NCBI GenBank assembly: GCA_013334735.1
Contig: JAAXXA010000001.1
Location: 1-44,585 of the forward strand
From: Bacteroidota bacterium
GTDB taxonomy: Bacteria; Bacteroidota; Bacteroidia; Bacteroidales; CG2-30-32-10
Reading direction: 5' to 3'
Length of the DNA stretch: 44,585 nucleotides
Made by a program: the position numbers and the translations under genes. The notes under the pieces are model-generated. The model saw only the letters and a program-made list of their open reading frames with translations. It had not been told where the DNA came from and did not search any database. This document shows, one piece after another, positions 40,889-44,585 of this stretch (the stretch's first letter is position 1; the number at the start of each line of letters is the position of its first letter).

Positions 40889-42829
40889 TTAATATTGATT
40901 TATTCCATTTTCAAAATAATTGGAACCGTCATAAGCAAATTTCATAAAAGCTACAGAATTTGGTGTGGTAATTAATGTTGGAGCTGTGCCACTAGTCCAC
41001 CTAATGTTTGCAGGCCAGATAATCATATAGCCACCCGTGTTATTCTGTTTTATAAACAGCGTATAAAGACCGCCACTCTTTCCATTTGTAAATAATAAAG
41101 AGCGATTGGCGGTCAATGTAATTTCTTGCACATTGCTGTTGTTCCAATCAACTGTGGCAGGGGTGGGAATAACTACTGAAATAGTTGCATCAGCATCAGA
41201 AGAGGTACAAGGAGAATTGCTAATTGACCAGCGTACTACATAGCTTCCTGCTCCACCGGCAGGAGTGAAAGTTGTATTATAAACAGATGTGCTTCCAAAC
41301 TGGCTTGATGATGTACTCGGACCGCTTACTACCGTCCATGCTCCTGAGCCAATAGAAGGAATATTTCCGGAAAGCGTTGCGCTGCCTGTAGTGCTTATAA
41401 TTTGAGCAGATCCGTTAGTAGCAGTAGTAGGAGTAGATTTTAAAGTTTGCGTATTACCTGCAGAGGCGCTGCCGGCTTTAGTGCTTGTAGATGTAAGGTC
41501 TCCGGTAGCTATTTCATTAACTGCAATAGTATGACCATTAGTAACAGAAGAAGCAATATCTGCTGTTATCCAAAAATAATATGTAACGCCACTAGTTAAT
41601 GTAGGACTTGTAAAAGCCGCGAATGAACGAGTTCCGGCGTTTCCTGACGAAGCTAAATCAACGCCCAATTGGGCAGTGCCGGCATCATTAATATTATTGA
41701 CAGTTCCTTTGTACAATTGATATTTTGTAATATCTGCCTGAGTATAAGATCCGGTAGTTGTAAACCCTATACCAGTAAGGTTTCCATTGCTGTTAGTAAC
41801 AGCCAAACTAAAACTTTGTATTACAACTTTTGTTGTTCCGGCGCACTGATTCGCCACAGAAGGAGCATTTGCACTTAAAGTGATTGTAGAAGATAGTGTG
41901 GGAGTCCATGTTCCGCTTGAAGTGAATGTCCAAATATCATTACCGCCAGATGTTGTATGAATTCCACCTGCTGATGCCGGATTAGAAATTAAACCAATTG
42001 TAGCGGAAATGATTACGATGCCAGAACCTCCTGAGCCTCCACTTCCACCGCTACTGCCATTCCAGTTTGCTCCACCACCACCACCACCGGTATTTGCAGT
42101 TCCGTTAGCACCGTTAGCTCCTCCTGCACCGCCACCACCAACTCCTCCTGCGCCTCCACTTCCTCCATTATTTATAGAGCCTCCGCCACCACCGCCGCCG
42201 GCATAAGTAACTGACGAGCCACTGATTGATGATACAGAACCTGCACCACCATGGTGAGTACCAGCTGCACTAGCGCCACCACCGCCACCGCCATCATTGG
42301 CAGCAGACCCGCTTCCATCTCCTCCATTATTACCTTGCCCTGCAGTACCTGGTCCATTCAAAGCTCCTCCAGAACCACCTGTTCCACCAGTAACATTCCA
42401 ATGTTTTCCAGCTCCGCCACCGATAGCACTTACAAGAGACCCGAATGAAGAAGCGTTTCCATTGCTACCATTAGATGCACCTATACCACCTGCTCCACCG
42501 GCACCAACTGTTATTGTGTATGCTTGAGGAGAAACAGAAGTACTTCCAGTTAGAAATCCACCGGCTCCTCCACCATTTCCCTGAAAAGTGTTACTTGCAC
42601 TTCCTCCGCTACCTCCACCTCCACCAGCCACAACAAGATAATTTACACTTACTTGCGAAAAAGCGAAATTTAATGTTAGCGCGTTGACAATTAAAAAGAC
42701 AAGAAGCACCGAAAAAGCAATGCAAATCCTATTATCGGCAACTGGTAGGTTGTTTTTTGCTTTTAAAGAAATTGAATTTCTGCTTAAATTCAGAAAACTA
42801 ATTTCTGATAATTGATTTATTTTTTTCAT
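40889..42829 (-). CDS. CTD-family protein: extended MKKINxLSE leader + glycine-rich domain + the same two middle modules as 39034..40848 + shared C-terminal domain
   Basis: Starts MKKINQLSEISFLNLSRNSISLKAKNNLPVADNRICIAFSVLLVFLIVNALTLNFAFSQ/VSVNYLVVAGGGGGSGG..YTITVGAGGAGG..SISGSSVTYAGGGGGG..GGSGIVIISA. The middle modules are paralogous to 39034..40848. The protein ends VDWNNSNVQEITLTANRSLLFTNGKSGGLYTLFIKQ..WPANIRW..KFAYDGSNYFENGINQY. Confidence 0.85.
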   Translation of the reverse strand: MKKINQLSEISFLNLSRNSISLKAKNNLPVADNRICIAFSVLLVFLIVNALTLNFAFSQVSVNYLVVAGGGGGSGGSASNTFQGNGGGAGGFLTGSTSVSPQAYTITVGAGGAGGIGASNGSNGNASSFGSLVSAIGGGAGKHWNVTGGTGGSGGALNGPGTAGQGNNGGDGSGSAANDGGGGGGASAAGTHHGGAGSVSSISGSSVTYAGGGGGGGSINNGGSGGAGGVGGGGAGGANGANGTANTGGGGGGANWNGSSGGSGGSGGSGIVIISATIGLISNPASAGGIHTTSGGNDIWTFTSSGTWTPTLSSTITLSANAPSVANQCAGTTKVVIQSFSLAVTNSNGNLTGIGFTTTGSYTQADITKYQLYKGTVNNINDAGTAQLGVDLASSGNAGTRSFAAFTSPTLTSGVTYYFWITADIASSVTNGHTIAVNEIATGDLTSTSTKAGSASAGNTQTLKSTPTTATNGSAQIISTTGSATLSGNIPSIGSGAWTVVSGPSTSSSQFGSTSVYNTTFTPAGGAGSYVVRWSISNSPCTSSDADATISVVIPTPATVDWNNSNVQEITLTANRSLLFTNGKSGGLYTLFIKQNNTGGYMIIWPANIRWTSGTAPTLITTPNSVAFMKFAYDGSNYFENGINQY

Positions 42830-42860
42830 TAGTTTAAATTTTAATTTGTTAAAAGTTTTC

Positions 42861-44585
42861 TTAATATTGGTTTACCCCGATTTCAAAATAATTAGAACCA
42901 TCGTAAGCAAATCGTATATTAGCTATAGAATTTGGTGTGGTAATTAATGTTGGGGCAGTACCACCGGTCCACCTTATGTCTGCAGGCCAGATAATCGAAA
43001 AGCCGCCCGTGTTATTTTGTTTAATAAAAAGCGTATAAAGCGCACCATTCCTTCCATTTGTAAAAGTAAAAGAGCGATTGGCAGTTAAAGTAATTTCCTG
43101 CACATTACTATTGTTCCAGTTTACTGTAGCAGGGGTAAAAGTAGTAAAAGTTCCATCGGCGGAATATCCCGTTCCCACGCTGTTTGTTGCATAACCCCTG
43201 TAATATATGAGTGTGCCTGCAGGTAAACCTGTTCTTGCCTGTGTGAATACGCCTGTTGCTGTATTGCCTTCGGCTATGCAATTGGCGGTAGGATTAGCCG
43301 AAGTTCCCCAACAAGTGCCTCTCGCCGTGATAGCAGCGCCTCCATCAGAAGTAATATTAGCGCCCAATGTAGCAGTATTTACTGTAATATTTGATGCCGT
43401 AGGAGAGGTAACAGTTGGAATAATGAGCGTTGTAAAAGTTACTTGATTTCCATAGCTTATACCTACCGAATTAATTGCATAAGCCCTAACGTAATAAAGA
43501 GTACCGTTAGTTAAACCCGACATTGACGCGGTAAACGCTCCGGTAGTTCCAGAAGAAGTTGCTTTGCTGTTAGCTGTAGTAGGAGTTGTAGAAGTATTCC
43601 AACAAACACCACGCTCTGTTATTGTTGCTCCTCCATCTGCTGATACATTTCCATTAGCTGTGGCTGTTGTAGAAGTAATACTTGTAACCGCTTGAGTTGT
43701 AACGCTTGGGGAATTAAGAGTAGTAAAAGTTACACCATCTCCGTAGCTTATGCCTACCGAATTAATTGCATAAGCTCTCACGTAATAAAGAGTTCCTATA
43801 GTTAATCCGGTCATTGAAGCGTTAAATGCTCCTGTAGTACCGGCGGAAGTAGCTTTACTGTTAGCAGTTGTAGGAGTTGAAGAAGTATTCCAACATAGGC
43901 CCCTTTCGATTATTGTCGCTCCGCCATCGGCTGTAACATTTCCATTTCCTGTGGCTGTTGTTGCTGTAATATTTGTAACTGCTTGAGTAGTAACTGTAGG
44001 AACAGTTGCAACAATAAATGGATACTGCCAGCCTGCGCCACTATTATAAAGAGATGTAACTTCAGCAGCAGTTAAGGCGCGTGACCAAAAACCAACTTCA
44101 TCAAAATATCCGGGTGTATTAGTATTGTCCATTCCAATAAAACCTCGGTTTGAAGCGGGATAAACACCCCAACCACTTCCACCATCACTTGGATTACATT
44201 GGGAAACAAGAGAACCATCAATATATAATTTAAGATTGCTTGTTCCATTACCGGCGTATGTCCATACCACATGATGCCAATTAGTTATACCCAAAGCTAT
44301 TTGGTATTCAGCAAAATATTCGTTATAACCATATTGATAAGCGCGAAGCCACTTGGTTCCTGCTGTATGCCCCCATAACTGTCCATCTCCGTAATCTAAT
44401 CCATAAGACATCGCGTTTCCGCCATTTATTTTTGTTGTCCAAACATTTATTCCATAACAGCCCGTGGGATAAGCAGCTGTTGGCGCTTCTGTTCTTAATT
44501 TTACCCACATTGAAATAGACCGAGCATTTGTAAGACTTGTTACACCGTATGTTTCTGATGTTTTACCAAAATATTTTGAACCGGC
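42861..44585 (-). CDS. CTD-family protein, N-terminus outside the window: LamG-like + 3 Fn3-like (subtype 1, 1, 2) + shared C-terminal domain
   Basis: The track starts it at the ATG at 44510. My translation upstream stays open to the window edge (..AGSKYFGKTSETYGVTSLTNARSIS-MWVKLRTE..), and this reads as the usual LamG ..SISxWVK strand. So the real start lies beyond 44585. Later motifs: FDEVGFWSRALTAAEVTSLYNSGAGWQYPF, then ERGLCWNTS.. / ERGVCWNTS.. / ARGTCWGTSANPTANC... The protein ends VNWNNSNVQEITLTANRSFTFTNGRNGALYTLFIKQ... Confidence 0.85.
   Translation of the reverse strand, partial: AGSKYFGKTSETYGVTSLTNARSISMWVKLRTEAPTAAYPTGCYGINVWTTKINGGNAMSYGLDYGDGQLWGHTAGTKWLRAYQYGYNEYFAEYQIALGITNWHHVVWTYAGNGTSNLKLYIDGSLVSQCNPSDGGSGWGVYPASNRGFIGMDNTNTPGYFDEVGFWSRALTAAEVTSLYNSGAGWQYPFIVATVPTVTTQAVTNITATTATGNGNVTADGGATIIERGLCWNTSSTPTTANSKATSAGTTGAFNASMTGLTIGTLYYVRAYAINSVGISYGDGVTFTTLNSPSVTTQAVTSITSTTATANGNVSADGGATITERGVCWNTSTTPTTANSKATSSGTTGAFTASMSGLTNGTLYYVRAYAINSVGISYGNQVTFTTLIIPTVTSPTASNITVNTATLGANITSDGGAAITARGTCWGTSANPTANCIAEGNTATGVFTQARTGLPAGTLIYYRGYATNSVGTGYSADGTFTTFTPATVNWNNSNVQEITLTANRSFTFTNGRNGALYTLFIKQNNTGGFSIIWPADIRWTGGTAPTLITTPNSIANIRFAYDGSNYFEIGVNQY

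Noticed and set aside
21226-44585. The whole run as a prophage or tailocin tail-fibre cluster, because of the glycine-rich, collagen-like and LamG modules
   Set aside because: The window has no capsid, terminase, portal, sheath, tube, baseplate or integrase genes. Most products have Sec-type signal peptides. The constant part is C-terminal, whereas phage fibres usually have a conserved N-terminal attachment region.

Overview
All 23 credible genes in this 44.6-kb window are on the minus strand. The plus-strand ORFs in the track look like antisense shadows. The DNA looks Bacteroidota-like: it is AT-rich, several starts lie downstream of TAnnTTTG -7 boxes, I saw no Shine-Dalgarno-like sequence at the starts I inspected, and TIGR02145-type domains are present. 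Twenty-one genes encode large modular secreted proteins in two mirror-image paralogous families. Family 1 has nine genes (1..834, 869..2521 and seven from 6319 to 20823). It has a near-constant signal peptide and a ~65-aa N-module (GVSINTTGxEADNSAALDISS..QGxLIPRMT..QR...GLxIYNT..C..YNGxxW). Collagen-like GXY tracts, Ig-like and Fn3-like modules follow, then variable C-terminal heads (TIGR02145-type lectin-like, LamG-like, beta-propeller). Family 2 has twelve genes (4209..6026 and eleven from 21226 to the window end). It has variable N-terminal heads (LamG-like, glycine-rich phage-tail-fibre-like, an unassigned 'YNGV' domain, a unique ~500-aa head), 0-3 Fn3-like modules of two subtypes, and always the same ~88-aa C-terminal domain (VNWNNSNVQEITL..NRSFTFTNGKSGGxYTLIIKQ..GGW.VSWP.NVKW.GG..P.......VD..KF.YDG.NY). 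I cannot assign this domain to any family I know, and it is the best candidate for something undescribed, such as a sorting, anchoring or docking tag. An AT-rich two-gene island (2827..4004) interrupts the array. It encodes a triple-repeat degenerate HNH-like protein and a coupled 60-aa protein. Non-coding signals: helically phased (11-bp register) ATGGAT hexamer arrays upstream of four transcription-unit heads; two degenerate heptamer (RGCARTC) tandem arrays; a 90-nt two-hairpin element inserted in frame right after the ATG of two paralogs; and a 15-nt palindrome flanked by 10-bp direct repeats inside the signal-peptide coding region of several paralogs. All domain names come from reading motifs by eye. 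No HMM or database search was possible.
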